This document shows positions 31,163 to 41,103 of a stretch of 64,000 nucleotides of DNA, piece after piece. Below the pieces are notes generated by a model. The model was given only the letters and a program-made list of their open reading frames with translations, did no database searches and was not told the origin of the DNA. This DNA comes from Candidatus Bathyarchaeota archaeon (lineage in GTDB: Archaea > Thermoproteota > Bathyarchaeia > Bathyarchaeales > Bathycorpusculaceae). The stretch's first letter is position 1, and every line of letters starts with the position of its first letter. Location of the stretch: contig CAVYRJ010000014.1 in NCBI GenBank assembly GCA_963770935.1, forward strand, positions 1 through 64,000. The letters run 5' to 3'. The position numbers were made by a program, and so were the translations under genes.

Positions 31163-31210
31163 TTTAGGTAAACCTAAACTTTACCTAATAAATGTTTAGG
31201 CATGCCTAAA
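31163..31210. promoter_or_regulatory. two DtxR/IdeR-type operators
   Basis: TTTAGGTAAACCTAAA (31163-31178) and perfect palindrome TTTAGGCATGCCTAAA (31195-31210) flank the TATA-like box of the repressor-feoB operon. Confidence 0.85.
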
Positions 31211-31328
31211 AAATATCGTCCGTCAAACACAATACATTCCAACCTTTGATCATTCACGCTGTCCCAGTAACGGCTAAATACTGCAAAGCCTAATTCCGTT
31301 GATGATTTAGCGAGGGATAGACAAGAAA

Positions 31329-32666
31329 ATGAAAGACCTGCCCGATTTAGTTCAAGACATAGTAGAAGCATCCCGAAAGCATGAACAGTACCGCGACAAA
31401 GAATGCATAAACATGATTGCCAGCGAAGGACTCAAATCCCCAGCCGTCAACCAAATGCTCGACCTTTCACACGACCTCGCATGCCGCTACGCTGAAGGCG
31501 AAAACGACGCTCAAGGACACGTTAAGAAACGGTATTATCAAGGGCAGAAATACATGTCGGAAATCGAAGATTTCGCAACCGACATCATGAAGAACCTCTT
31601 TAAGACTACTTGGGCAGACGTGCGCTTGGTTTCTGGTACTCACGCTAACCTTGCAACTTTCAAGGGTTTGTCGTTAGCTTCAAAGAATAACAAGATGGTA
31701 GTCACGCCTCTGAGTTGCGGCGCCCACATTAGTCACGATTATACGGGTTTAGCAGGTAACGTTTTGGGTTTAGAGAACATAAACCACGTCTACAATATAG
31801 ACGAGTTCAACATTGACCCAGAAAAATCAGCCTACGTCATACGCGCGGCAAAGCCAGGCATCGTCACTTTCGGCGGAAGCCTCTTTTTGTTCCCACACCC
31901 AATCAAGGAACTTCGAGCTGTCTGCGAGGAAGTCGGTGCATACATTGCCTACGACGCCTCACACGTACTGGGCTTGATTGCAGGCGGACAGTTCCAAGAT
32001 CCACTCCGCGAAGGCGCAGACTTCATCACTTCTTCAACCCACAAGACTTTCCCTGGACCGCAAGGCGGCGTTGTCATGGGAAGTCCAACTAACCCAGCAT
32101 TGGAGAAAGCCGTGAAGAAGATTCAATTTGCCATTTTTCCGCTTAGTGCTTCAAGTACGCATCTTGGAAGGTTGCCAGCGCTCAGTATAGCTGCTTTGGA
32201 AATGAAGGTTTTCGGCGCTCAATTAGCTAGGCAAATAATCAAGAACGCTCAAACCGCAGGACAATACCTGTGTGAAAATGGCGTTAAAGTTCTAGCCGAA
32301 CACAAAGGCTTCACACAGTCGCATCAGATTGCGCTTGACATACGTAACTTCGGTGGAGGTAACAAAATCGCACAGGATCTCGAAGACGCAAACATTATCC
32401 TAAACAAGAACCTGCTTCCCTACGATGACCAAAGCTCTAAAGAAAACCCTTCAGGCTTACGCATTGGCTTCCAAGACATAACCAGACGGGGCTTTGGCGA
32501 AGGAGACATCAAACACCTCTGCGACCTAATGCTTGACGTAATCAAGAGCAAACGCAAACCAGCCGAAGTAAAATTGGATGTTTTGGCGTTCAAGAAAGAG
32601 TTTACCCAAGTAAAATACGGGTTCCAAAATGTGGAAGAAGCCTTAAGTCTCATAAAAAAGGTTTAA
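31329..32666 (+). CDS. glyA: serine hydroxymethyltransferase, archaeal type
   Basis: NMIASE, RYAEG, RYYQG, GAHISH, SSTHKTFPGPQGG PLP lysine. Confidence 0.96.
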   Translation: MKDLPDLVQDIVEASRKHEQYRDKECINMIASEGLKSPAVNQMLDLSHDLACRYAEGENDAQGHVKKRYYQGQKYMSEIEDFATDIMKNLFKTTWADVRLVSGTHANLATFKGLSLASKNNKMVVTPLSCGAHISHDYTGLAGNVLGLENINHVYNIDEFNIDPEKSAYVIRAAKPGIVTFGGSLFLFPHPIKELRAVCEEVGAYIAYDASHVLGLIAGGQFQDPLREGADFITSSTHKTFPGPQGGVVMGSPTNPALEKAVKKIQFAIFPLSASSTHLGRLPALSIAALEMKVFGAQLARQIIKNAQTAGQYLCENGVKVLAEHKGFTQSHQIALDIRNFGGGNKIAQDLEDANIILNKNLLPYDDQSSKENPSGLRIGFQDITRRGFGEGDIKHLCDLMLDVIKSKRKPAEVKLDVLAFKKEFTQVKYGFQNVEEALSLIKKV

Positions 32667-32737
32667 ACCCTTCTCCTTTCCAAAAAATACCCCTAAACAT
32701 TAATTAACCCACATTTCGCTTTTAGCACTGAAAACTC

Positions 32738-33028
32738 ATGACGATAGACTTTCTATCGATTCTCTTCTTAATTGCTTTTATAGGAGCTCTGTTGCTTTTC
32801 ATTCTGCTTCCTAGGTACGGTCCACATTATACTTCTAGGCTAACCTGTCCAAACTGCAAAAGAATCTTCAATTTCCATTGGATACCCGGTGCCACAATAA
32901 CCTCACTGGTTTATAGGAATAAACGGGCTCTAAAATGCCCCTACTGCCACGTAAAATCAACCTACGAAATAATGTCCACAAGAGTCAGAAAACCAAAAAA
33001 AGCTCCAAAAATCAAGCAAAGAGCATAA
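32738..33028 (+). CDS. membrane-anchored zinc-ribbon protein
   Basis: N-terminal TM, CPNC and CPYC motifs. Confidence 0.7.
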   Translation: MTIDFLSILFLIAFIGALLLFILLPRYGPHYTSRLTCPNCKRIFNFHWIPGATITSLVYRNKRALKCPYCHVKSTYEIMSTRVRKPKKAPKIKQRA

Positions 33029-33107
33029 GCCTCAGAACGTTCCATCAGAGAACTTTATTATCCAGATCTGCAATCAACTTTTCAATTAAACTGCGGAGAC
33101 ACTTAAC

Positions 33108-34292
33108 ATGAAGGTTCTGTTGAATGATGGTTTGGAGAAAGAAGGCTTAAAACTCTTCCAAGAAGCTTGCATAGAAACAGATACGAAAAAAAGAGACATA
33201 ACAGCTCTTGTGGCAGAAATTGGACAGTTTGACGCATTAGTTGTCCGCAGCGCCACCAAGGTTACCCGCGAGGTTTTGGAAGCAGGTGCCAAGGGCAAAC
33301 TCAAAATCGTCGGAAGAGCAGGCGTAGGATATGACAACATTGATGTCGTTGCCGCCTCAGAAAGCGGCATTGTAGTAAAGTCTGCGCCCTACGGAAGCAC
33401 TAACGCTGTCGCAGAACTAACCATTGGTTTAATGTTAAGCATCTCGCGAAACATTCCCCAAGCCCACTCTTCACTAAAGAATTGTGTATGGAAAAAAGAT
33501 AAACTCAAAGGCAAAGAATTATCGTACAAAACAATGGGCCTTTTGGGCTGCGGCAGAATTGGGCAAAAAGTTGCTCAGATAGCCAAACGCGGCTTTGACA
33601 TGGAAGTTATAGGCTACGACATTAAACCCTGTTTTGAATCAGGAATAAAATTCATGACAAAAGAGGAAGTGCTATCAAGGTCCGATTACATCTGCGTCCA
33701 TACAGGTGGCAAAGAAGCAATAGTTGGCGAAAAAGAATTTGCCCTAATGAAACCCACCGCTTACTTAATCAACACCTCCAGAGGCAACAACATTGACCAG
33801 CAAGCACTCTACAAAGCTCTTAAAGAATGTAAAATCGCTGGAGCTGCAACGGACGTTTTCAAAGAAGAGCCCAAAGTAGAAGGGGCCGAATTCAAAGACC
33901 CGTTAAAAGAACTCGACAACATCGTTTTAAGCAGTCATCTTGGTGCTTCAACGACTGAGGCTCAACGGGAAACCTCAATTGAGATTGCCCGCGTTATTTC
34001 AGGTTACCTATTAGGCGGAGACTTTACGAACTCAGTCAACGCGGGGGAAAGCATTGAAGTTGAGAAAAAACCTGTTTACACACTATTTATCCATCACCGT
34101 GATGTGCCAGGCGTTTTTGCAAACATCGACAAGGTCCTAGCGGATAACGACATAAACATACGAGCAAACTATTCTCGGCAAATCGGCAACAGTGGCTATG
34201 CAATCTCAGTCTATGGGCTCCACAAAAAAGTTAATGAGGAAATCGTTAACAAACTCAAAGCTATCCCAAACGTTTGTAACGTAAAAATTTAA
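33108..34292 (+). CDS. serA: D-3-phosphoglycerate dehydrogenase with ACT domain
   Basis: VRSATKVT, GRAGVGYDNID, GCGRIG, INTSRG, HLGASTTEAQ, HRDVPGV ACT. Confidence 0.9.
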   Translation: MKVLLNDGLEKEGLKLFQEACIETDTKKRDITALVAEIGQFDALVVRSATKVTREVLEAGAKGKLKIVGRAGVGYDNIDVVAASESGIVVKSAPYGSTNAVAELTIGLMLSISRNIPQAHSSLKNCVWKKDKLKGKELSYKTMGLLGCGRIGQKVAQIAKRGFDMEVIGYDIKPCFESGIKFMTKEEVLSRSDYICVHTGGKEAIVGEKEFALMKPTAYLINTSRGNNIDQQALYKALKECKIAGAATDVFKEEPKVEGAEFKDPLKELDNIVLSSHLGASTTEAQRETSIEIARVISGYLLGGDFTNSVNAGESIEVEKKPVYTLFIHHRDVPGVFANIDKVLADNDINIRANYSRQIGNSGYAISVYGLHKKVNEEIVNKLKAIPNVCNVKI

Positions 34293-34345
34293 GATTACGC
34301 CTGTTTAAGCAGGCATATAAACCACCCTTCTTCTTTAGAGTAACC

Positions 34346-35026
34346 ATGCGATTAGGAGTCCTATTCTCAGGCGGTAAAGATTCAACGCTTGCTTTGCACT
34401 TAGCTGCAGATAAAGTAGAAGTGGCATGCCTAATCACGGTAGTTTCTGAGAACAAGGAAAGCTACATGTTCCACACCCCAAACATTGACATTACAGCACT
34501 TCAGGCAGAAGCTTTGGGATTGCCGCTTGTTTCGGTAGTCACTGAAGGAAAAAAGGAAGAGGAGCTTGTCGACTTGGAGAGGGTAATCACTAAAGCCCAA
34601 AATAAATATCAAATCGACGGTATTGTTACGGGGGCGGTGGAATCAGTTTATCAGTCTTCACGGATACAACGCATTTGTAACCATCTTGATGTTTGGTGTT
34701 TTAACCCGCTATGGAAGCATGATCAAAAGGCGCTTTTGGAAACGCTTGTCGAAAAGAATTTTAAGGTAGTTATTTCGGGGATTTTTGCGTATCCGCTTGA
34801 TGAGAAGTGGCTCGGAAAACAAATAGAGCCAACGGTAATAGCTCGCTTGATGGAACTTCAAAGTCAATACGGTATTAGTCCGTCAGGGGAGGGTGGCGAG
34901 ATTGAGACGACTGTTTTGGATGCTCCAATGTTTAAGCAGAGAATTGAAATCCTAGATTACTCGGTTGAGGCGAGAGGAAACTGTGGAGTTTTCCAAATTA
35001 AACAAGCAAGGCTGGTCCCCAAATGA
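34346..35026 (+). CDS. dph6: diphthine-ammonia ligase family PP-loop ATPase (MJ0570-like)
   Basis: LFSGGKDS, SYMFHTPN, SVYQ..R, NPLW, GEGGEIETTVLDAP. Confidence 0.85.
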   Translation: MRLGVLFSGGKDSTLALHLAADKVEVACLITVVSENKESYMFHTPNIDITALQAEALGLPLVSVVTEGKKEEELVDLERVITKAQNKYQIDGIVTGAVESVYQSSRIQRICNHLDVWCFNPLWKHDQKALLETLVEKNFKVVISGIFAYPLDEKWLGKQIEPTVIARLMELQSQYGISPSGEGGEIETTVLDAPMFKQRIEILDYSVEARGNCGVFQIKQARLVPK

Positions 35027-35577
35027 TTTTGGTCGTGGACATGAATTGGAAGCGGGATTCTTTGGCTTTCAACGAGTTCGTTTCCCCCATCGTTTCTGGT
35101 GTCCAACCGCTTGAGGAATGCACGGTGAAGCATTTTTTGGACATTGCCTCTTCGGAGCTAAGCGGTTGCAGCAAGGTTGTGCTCTCAGGAACAACACTAA
35201 AAGACCATGCGACGCTAAAACAGATTGACAGGTTCAACTGGATACGTGAGTTTGACAAGCCCATTTTGGGTATTTGTGCAGGCATGCAAACAATCAGCCT
35301 GGTTTTTGATGGCTCCTTAACTTCTTGCCTACAAATCGGCATGACTGAAATCGACACGCTAAAAGACAATCCTCTGTTCCAAGGCAACTTCAAAGCCTAC
35401 GCTCTACATAACTACTCGATTAAGCGCTCTCAAGATTTTGAAATCCTAGCGAAATCCGCAAAATGTATCCAAGCAATAAAACACAAGCAGAAAGACATCT
35501 ACGGAGTACTTTTTCACCCTGAAGTACGGAACCAAGAAATCCTAAAACACTTCATACAACTTAACCAATACGTTTAA
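35023..35577 (+). CDS. class I glutamine amidotransferase
   Basis: PILGICAGMQ nucleophile and YGVLFHPE His-Glu; ATGA overlap with dph6. Confidence 0.88.
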   Translation: MILVVDMNWKRDSLAFNEFVSPIVSGVQPLEECTVKHFLDIASSELSGCSKVVLSGTTLKDHATLKQIDRFNWIREFDKPILGICAGMQTISLVFDGSLTSCLQIGMTEIDTLKDNPLFQGNFKAYALHNYSIKRSQDFEILAKSAKCIQAIKHKQKDIYGVLFHPEVRNQEILKHFIQLNQYV

Positions 35578-35682
35578 GACAAAACTCAGTGGCTTTAGAG
35601 TAAAGCGGAAATTAGCCGTTTAAAGGAGTTTTTTTAAAGTGACGCGATTACTCTATAACCAGCGATGTGCTTATTAGTGGAA

Positions 35683-35883
35683 ATGCAGCCGAATCAGCAG
35701 AGAAGCCAAATTAAGGTCGGTAACCGAGTAAAAATCGTTTTAAAGCAAGACCAGCGAAGCGGGAAATTAACTGAGGGAACTGTCAAAGATATTTTAACCA
35801 ACAGCTCAACTCACCCCCACGGAATCAAAGTGCGATTAACAGACGGCAAAGTCGGCAGAGTACAATTAATAATTTATCCATAG
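35683..35883 (+). CDS. YwbE/DUF2196 family protein
   Basis: IVLKQDQRSGKLTEGTVKDILTNSSTHPHGIKVRL.DGKVGRV. Confidence 0.9.
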   Translation: MQPNQQRSQIKVGNRVKIVLKQDQRSGKLTEGTVKDILTNSSTHPHGIKVRLTDGKVGRVQLIIYP

Positions 35884-35958
35884 CATGTTGCCGCTTGGCA
35901 GAAAGGGTTAAAAGTTAAATGTGTGTTTTTTTTCATGTATTTATAGGAGATTTTTGTC

Positions 35959-38373
35959 TTGGTTAATCAATTGCCAGTAGAAAAATTACGAAATGTGTGT
36001 GATGCTAGCTTTCTGCATTGTGAATCAACCAAGGACTTGGTTCCACTTAGTGAAATTATCGGTCAAGAAAGAGCTGTCCGTGCCTTAAAATTCGGACTCG
36101 GGATTAAAGACCATGGCTTCAACGTGTATGTGGCGGGGTACCCTGGAACAGGCAGAAAAACTGCGGTCAAAAACTTCGTGGAAGCCCAAGCTAAAACCCA
36201 ACCGGTGCCGCCCGACTGGTGTTACGTGAACAATTTCGGCAACCAATATGAACCAAAAGCTATCAAGCTGCCAGCCGGGAAGGGTAAAGAATTCCGCGAA
36301 GAAATGAAAAACTTTATTGAGGACGTCAAGACGGCGCTTCCGAAGGCTTTTGAAAGCGAAGACTACGTTGCCAGGAGGGAAGCCACAATCAAGGTTTTAG
36401 AGAATCAGCGTAAACAGATAATCGCCGAATTAAGTGTCAAAGCTGAGCGCGAAGGATTTGTAATTCAAACTACCCCAATTGGTATACTGCTTATTCCAGT
36501 GTTAAACGGGAAACCGCTTAGCGAAGAAGAAATGCTTTCGTTACCCCAAAAAACAAAGGACAATATTAACGAGAAAAGAGAAGCATTGGAAACTGAATTC
36601 CGAAATACAATTCGCCAACTAATCGATATGGAACGCAGAATCCACGACGCCTTAAAGAAACTCAACAAGGAAGTTGCTCTTTACGCTCTAGGTAACCAGG
36701 TGGAGAGCCTCATGGAAAAATATCCCGCTAACTCGGAAGTTGTAACTTACCTTAGAGAAGTACAAAACGACATCCTAGATAACCTACAGCAATTCATAAG
36801 GAGAGGCGAACCTGAACAGCAACTGCCGTTTCCTGTGCCCTGGATGAAGGATGAACCCTACAAGAAATACGAGGTGAACATAGTCATCGACAACTCTAAA
36901 ATTGCAGGCGCGCCAGTTGTGGTGGAAACCAACCCAACTTACCATAATTTGCTTGGTAGAACAGAGAAAGAAGCCCAGTTTGGCGCGCTCACAACCGACT
37001 TCAGTATGATCCGTCCGGGAGCTATTCATAGAGCCAACGGCGGCTATCTAATCGTTCCTGTCGAAGACTTGTTGCGAAACCCGCTTTCCTACGACGGTTT
37101 AAAGCGCGACATCAGGGATTCAAAGATGTCAATCGAAGAACCTGAAGAACGTTATGGCTTTTTAAGCATTAAAACTCTTAAGCCTCAGCCTATTCCATTA
37201 ACAGCGAAAGTCATCCTAATTGGCACCCCGTATTTATATCAACTCATGTTCAGTTTAGATCCCGATTTTCATGAACTCTTCAAGATAAAAGCAGAATTTG
37301 ATACAACTATGCCTAGAACTGACGAAAAAGTACTGCAATACGGTGCGTTTGTATGCGGGCTCTGCGAGAGGGAAGGCCTCAAACATCTTGATGGAAGCGG
37401 CTTGGCGAAACTTGTTGAGTACAGTTCAAGGATCATAGAAGACCAATTCAAATTATCGACACAGTTTAACTCCATTGCCGACATCATTCGTGAATCAAAC
37501 TATTATGCGGTACAAGACAATGCCGAGTATATTACTGGAAACAATGTCAAAAAAGCCATTGAAGAAAAGATTTACCGTTCCAGACTAATCCAGGAAAAAA
37601 TTCAGGAGATGATTACCCGCGGCTTTTTCTTGATTGACACAGTTGACCAAAAGGTTGGGCAGGTAAATGGTTTGTCGGTTATAGGGCTGGGAGATTTTGC
37701 TTTTGGTATGCCCTCACGTGTGACCGCAAGCATCGGACTTGGCAGAGAAGGTGTCATGGACATTGAAAGAGAAGCCAAAATGGGTGGACCCATACACACC
37801 AAAGGAGTCCTAATTCTCAGTGGCTACATCACTGACAAATATGCTAGAGACAAACCTTTGAGCCTCTCAGCTAGGTTGGTCTTTGAACAAAACTACGAAG
37901 GGGTCGAAGGCGACAGCGCATCAAGCACAGAACTCTACTCCATACTCTCATCGCTTTCTGGGTTGCCGATTAAACAGAATTTAGCCGTCACAGGTTCAGT
38001 TAATCAGAAAGGAGAAGTCCAGGCGATCGGCGGCGTGAACGAGAAAATCGAGGGCTTCTTTGAAGTGTGCAAAGCCAAAGGATTAACCGGTGAGCAAGGC
38101 GTTATGATTCCTAACAGCAACGTTCAGAATTTGATGCTTAAAGAAGAAGTTGTTGATGCTGTTAAAGCAGGTAAATTTAGCATTTACTCAGTTAAAACAA
38201 TCGATGAAGGCATTGAGGTGTTGACGGGAACAAAAGCGGGGCAGCAACGAGCAGACGGAACTTACGAAGAAGGCACTGTAAATTACTTGGTGGATAAGCA
38301 GTTGCGAGAGATGGCGGAGAAACTTAGAGATTACTCAGGCGTGCAGGCACAACAGAAAAAAATCGTAGACTAA
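35959..38373 (+). CDS. Lon-like protease (LonC/AAA_32 type, no TM)
   Basis: IGQERA, DWCYVNNF, GAIHRANGGYL, VEGDSAS (Ser) and GGVNEKIEG (Lys) dyad. Confidence 0.92.
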   Translation: MVNQLPVEKLRNVCDASFLHCESTKDLVPLSEIIGQERAVRALKFGLGIKDHGFNVYVAGYPGTGRKTAVKNFVEAQAKTQPVPPDWCYVNNFGNQYEPKAIKLPAGKGKEFREEMKNFIEDVKTALPKAFESEDYVARREATIKVLENQRKQIIAELSVKAEREGFVIQTTPIGILLIPVLNGKPLSEEEMLSLPQKTKDNINEKREALETEFRNTIRQLIDMERRIHDALKKLNKEVALYALGNQVESLMEKYPANSEVVTYLREVQNDILDNLQQFIRRGEPEQQLPFPVPWMKDEPYKKYEVNIVIDNSKIAGAPVVVETNPTYHNLLGRTEKEAQFGALTTDFSMIRPGAIHRANGGYLIVPVEDLLRNPLSYDGLKRDIRDSKMSIEEPEERYGFLSIKTLKPQPIPLTAKVILIGTPYLYQLMFSLDPDFHELFKIKAEFDTTMPRTDEKVLQYGAFVCGLCEREGLKHLDGSGLAKLVEYSSRIIEDQFKLSTQFNSIADIIRESNYYAVQDNAEYITGNNVKKAIEEKIYRSRLIQEKIQEMITRGFFLIDTVDQKVGQVNGLSVIGLGDFAFGMPSRVTASIGLGREGVMDIEREAKMGGPIHTKGVLILSGYITDKYARDKPLSLSARLVFEQNYEGVEGDSASSTELYSILSSLSGLPIKQNLAVTGSVNQKGEVQAIGGVNEKIEGFFEVCKAKGLTGEQGVMIPNSNVQNLMLKEEVVDAVKAGKFSIYSVKTIDEGIEVLTGTKAGQQRADGTYEEGTVNYLVDKQLREMAEKLRDYSGVQAQQKKIVD

Positions 38374-38499
38374 TCAGAAATGTTATAAACGGGGCATTTT
38401 TCTGCTTTTTCTTCTATTTAAAAAATGTTGAGTTTTAATCCTTATTCTGGCTAATCAAAGCTTATTTGTCAATCAGCAGATTGGTAATCAGGTGCACGG

Positions 38500-38736
38500 T
38501 TGGTTTATCAAAAAGTTAAACCCAAGCGCAGCAAAGCGCTCATTATTATGCTTCTTCCAGCACTCATTTTCATAGCTGTCGTTGGATGGTTCATGTACTC
38601 TATAGACAATAAAAATTCAACAGGCCGAAAACAAACACACAGAAGAACAGTCGAAGAACGCAACGTAACCCTACTGCCCATCGATTTTGAAGAACAACGG
38701 CAAATTAGAATCAATAATGCTATTAGAAACCGCTAA
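38500..38736 (+). CDS. small single-TM protein
   Basis: AGGTG RBS, TTG start, one hydrophobic helix. Confidence 0.6.
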   Translation: MVYQKVKPKRSKALIIMLLPALIFIAVVGWFMYSIDNKNSTGRKQTHRRTVEERNVTLLPIDFEEQRQIRINNAIRNR

Positions 38737-38842
38737 TTCTTAGTTATTTGCCAATTTTTAATTTCCTTTTGCAATTGGGCTCGCATGCTTGTTGTTACTA
38801 TAGCACAACCACAACTCCATTTATAGTCGACAAATATTTGTT

Positions 38843-38996
38843 CTCTTGCGAGAAATAGCCATCCAAGAGGTACACCCACGCTTGACGGGTCAGCCGTTAA
38901 CCATGATGCGCATCGTTCTACCCCTAAAGAAGGATTAGGGACCTATTTCTGATCCGCGTCTTGGGTTAACTCTGGCGATCCGTCAAGCCTACTTTT
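38843..38996 (+). ncRNA. candidate structured RNA or palindromic element, copy 1
   Basis: TTTATA at 38820; small hairpin CTCTTG/CAAGAG; 109-nt hairpin 38880-38988; TTTT after. Confidence 0.55.
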
Positions 38997-39082
38997 AGTT
39001 ACAGCGGTCGCTAATGGTGTAATTAGTTTCTAGTATATAATTTATAAGGTTTAAGATGCAATGCTACCTTTCGTGAGCCACT

Positions 39083-39442
39083 TTGAGCTATAAAGAACGC
39101 ATGCATCCAAAAGTCAGCCGGGCAGAAATAGAAGTTTTTAAATCATTAAGTATGGCTGGGTTAACCAGCGGCATGGTAACACAGCAACCGATCATCCTCA
39201 AATCAACCATACCTGACTTCTGCTGGATGGAAAAACGCAAAATCGTCTATTTAGATGGCAAACCTGTTCACAGAAAAGACAAACAAATCGAACGCGACGA
39301 AGAAATCGATAACCTCTTAACCGCTCAAGGATGGGATGTCCTGCGTATTCCCTACGACCCACCCATAACACAGAAGGGCTTAGAGAAGATTATGGTAACC
39401 ATAAAACAGTTCCTCAACATAGATGAAGAAGTTATAGAATAG
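39083..39442 (+). CDS. DUF559/Vsr-like PD-(D/E)XK endonuclease domain protein
   Basis: S.AE, PDF, VYLDG..H, RD..ID..L...GWDVLRI. Confidence 0.75.
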   Translation: MSYKERMHPKVSRAEIEVFKSLSMAGLTSGMVTQQPIILKSTIPDFCWMEKRKIVYLDGKPVHRKDKQIERDEEIDNLLTAQGWDVLRIPYDPPITQKGLEKIMVTIKQFLNIDEEVIE

Positions 39443-40541
39443 CCCTTTTGGGTTAACCGCCTTCTTTTTCAGTTTTTCGCATTATTAATTTTAATACTTT
39501 CCTGCTCTGCAATATGCTTGGGGCAAAAGGTTGACTTCTTAAAAATACTATTGTTTGTCTGAACTTATCGGGCACTTTTAACTTCTTGCGTCATGGTCAA
39601 TTGAAGTTTGTGCGTTTCGCTCAGGGAATAAAACTCAGTAAAAATGACATCAAATGTTTTTTGATGGAAAAGGCAGTAAGCGATGTAAAGTACTCTCTGA
39701 AAATCCCTCATGACCACAACCCCTTTGATATTACATACCCATTCTATCAGAACAAGCGTCCATGACCATAGTTGTTGAAAAATTGAAAATAGTTAATAGA
39801 ATGCAAAAATCTTTCAAAGAAGCAAGTTAGACCACAGTCTTTCGCAAGATTGGCTCGAGTAAGAACATTGTCAAAAGACTTCTTTTTCTAATTGCTTATT
39901 ACTGGATGCTGTTATTACTCGTGACAAAAAGACTTTTCGCGCTGGGTAATTTCACAGTATCTACTAACCAAAGGGTTTAACAGGTTAAAACACAGAAGTG
40001 CTTTTGGCGGATTTGAAAATGGTATCAAAAAATTCTAATGTTGGTAAGCTTTTTGATTTTAGCGAAAACGGATATGGCATAGTAACCCATGAAGCAAGAG
40101 TAGACTATAAAACTTGGTCACCTGTTATTCACATTTTGAAGTTTACAGATGATAAACATAAAGAACCGGACAACAAATTAAAATCTCGCTAAATATTTTT
40201 TTTGAACAGATATTGTGCATATTATGGAGTAGAAAAGCGTTCTTGATAGCAAAATTAATCAAAGCATCGACTGATTAGCAACCAAAATCTCTACTTCTGA
40301 CCAGAATATAGAGGCAAGTTAGTCTGATTCAGTTTTCTTTAAAACTAAATACCATACTGTTCCAGCAAAGTGCATTGTCGATGCCTTAGCTGAAAAGCGT
40401 TCTGAACCGCTAAGTAGACCAAGTAGAGAGAGAGCATTAAATTTTAATCCAACCAACCAAAACTACGACCTTTTGCCATGTTACCAGTGTTAAAAAACAG
40501 TCGGGGTTGGTTGCAGAAGGTTAGGATAGTTAACTTACGGT

Positions 40542-40637
40542 TGAGGGATAAAAAATAAACAATTATTTATCCCTCATAAAATAAGAAAGTTAATAATACA
40601 ACAGAAGTAAAAAACAACAGAATACTTACCCTCATAA
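40542..40637. repeat. 11-bp inverted repeat plus an extra half-site
   Basis: TGAGGGATAAA (40542-40552) / TTTATCCCTCA (40566-40576); CTTACCCTCATAA at 40625-40637. Confidence 0.6.
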
Positions 40638-40869
40638 TTAAAAATAAAATAACCTTATTGGAAGTAAAAGAGATAAGAAAACTTAACCCTTCGAAAAATA
40701 TGCATTCAAATTCCAATATCAACTTGAAGAAGGACAGGCATTATTCAGGGAGCGTCGCTCAAAAGTCTCTGAACAGCAATGACCACAGAAATTGGCATGA
40801 AGAGTGTTCCATTTTGGAACAACCCACTGTTTGCTTGTTCTTTGAGTTCTCATGTGTTCTCGTTGCATA

Positions 40870-41029
40870 GATTTTGATGGCTGTCATAATTTCAACCAAT
40901 AGGAAAAACACATCTGAAGGTACTTCAGCACTGTGGACAACTGACACCAACCTTATCGACGTGCTGAGAGGATACTTTGAGACCGCCTGGAATGAATCCG
41001 AAGAACTAATAAAAGCAACAAGCAACTAA
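40870..41029 (+). pseudogene. C-terminal remnant of a TrmB-like regulator
   Basis: SALWTTDTNLIDVLRGYFETAWNES resembles the TrmB-family C-terminus; upstream part interrupted by a stop. Confidence 0.5.
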
Positions 41030-41103
41030 AGTAGCTTTCAATAACAAACTATTCAGTAAAAGATTTATTCTAAGTAGGTAGGCTCTTCGACAAGTAACTC
41101 TGA

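Noticed and set aside
39540-39790. Methyltransferase relic on the minus strand (LPF...TFDVI)
   Set aside because: Too fragmentary to support
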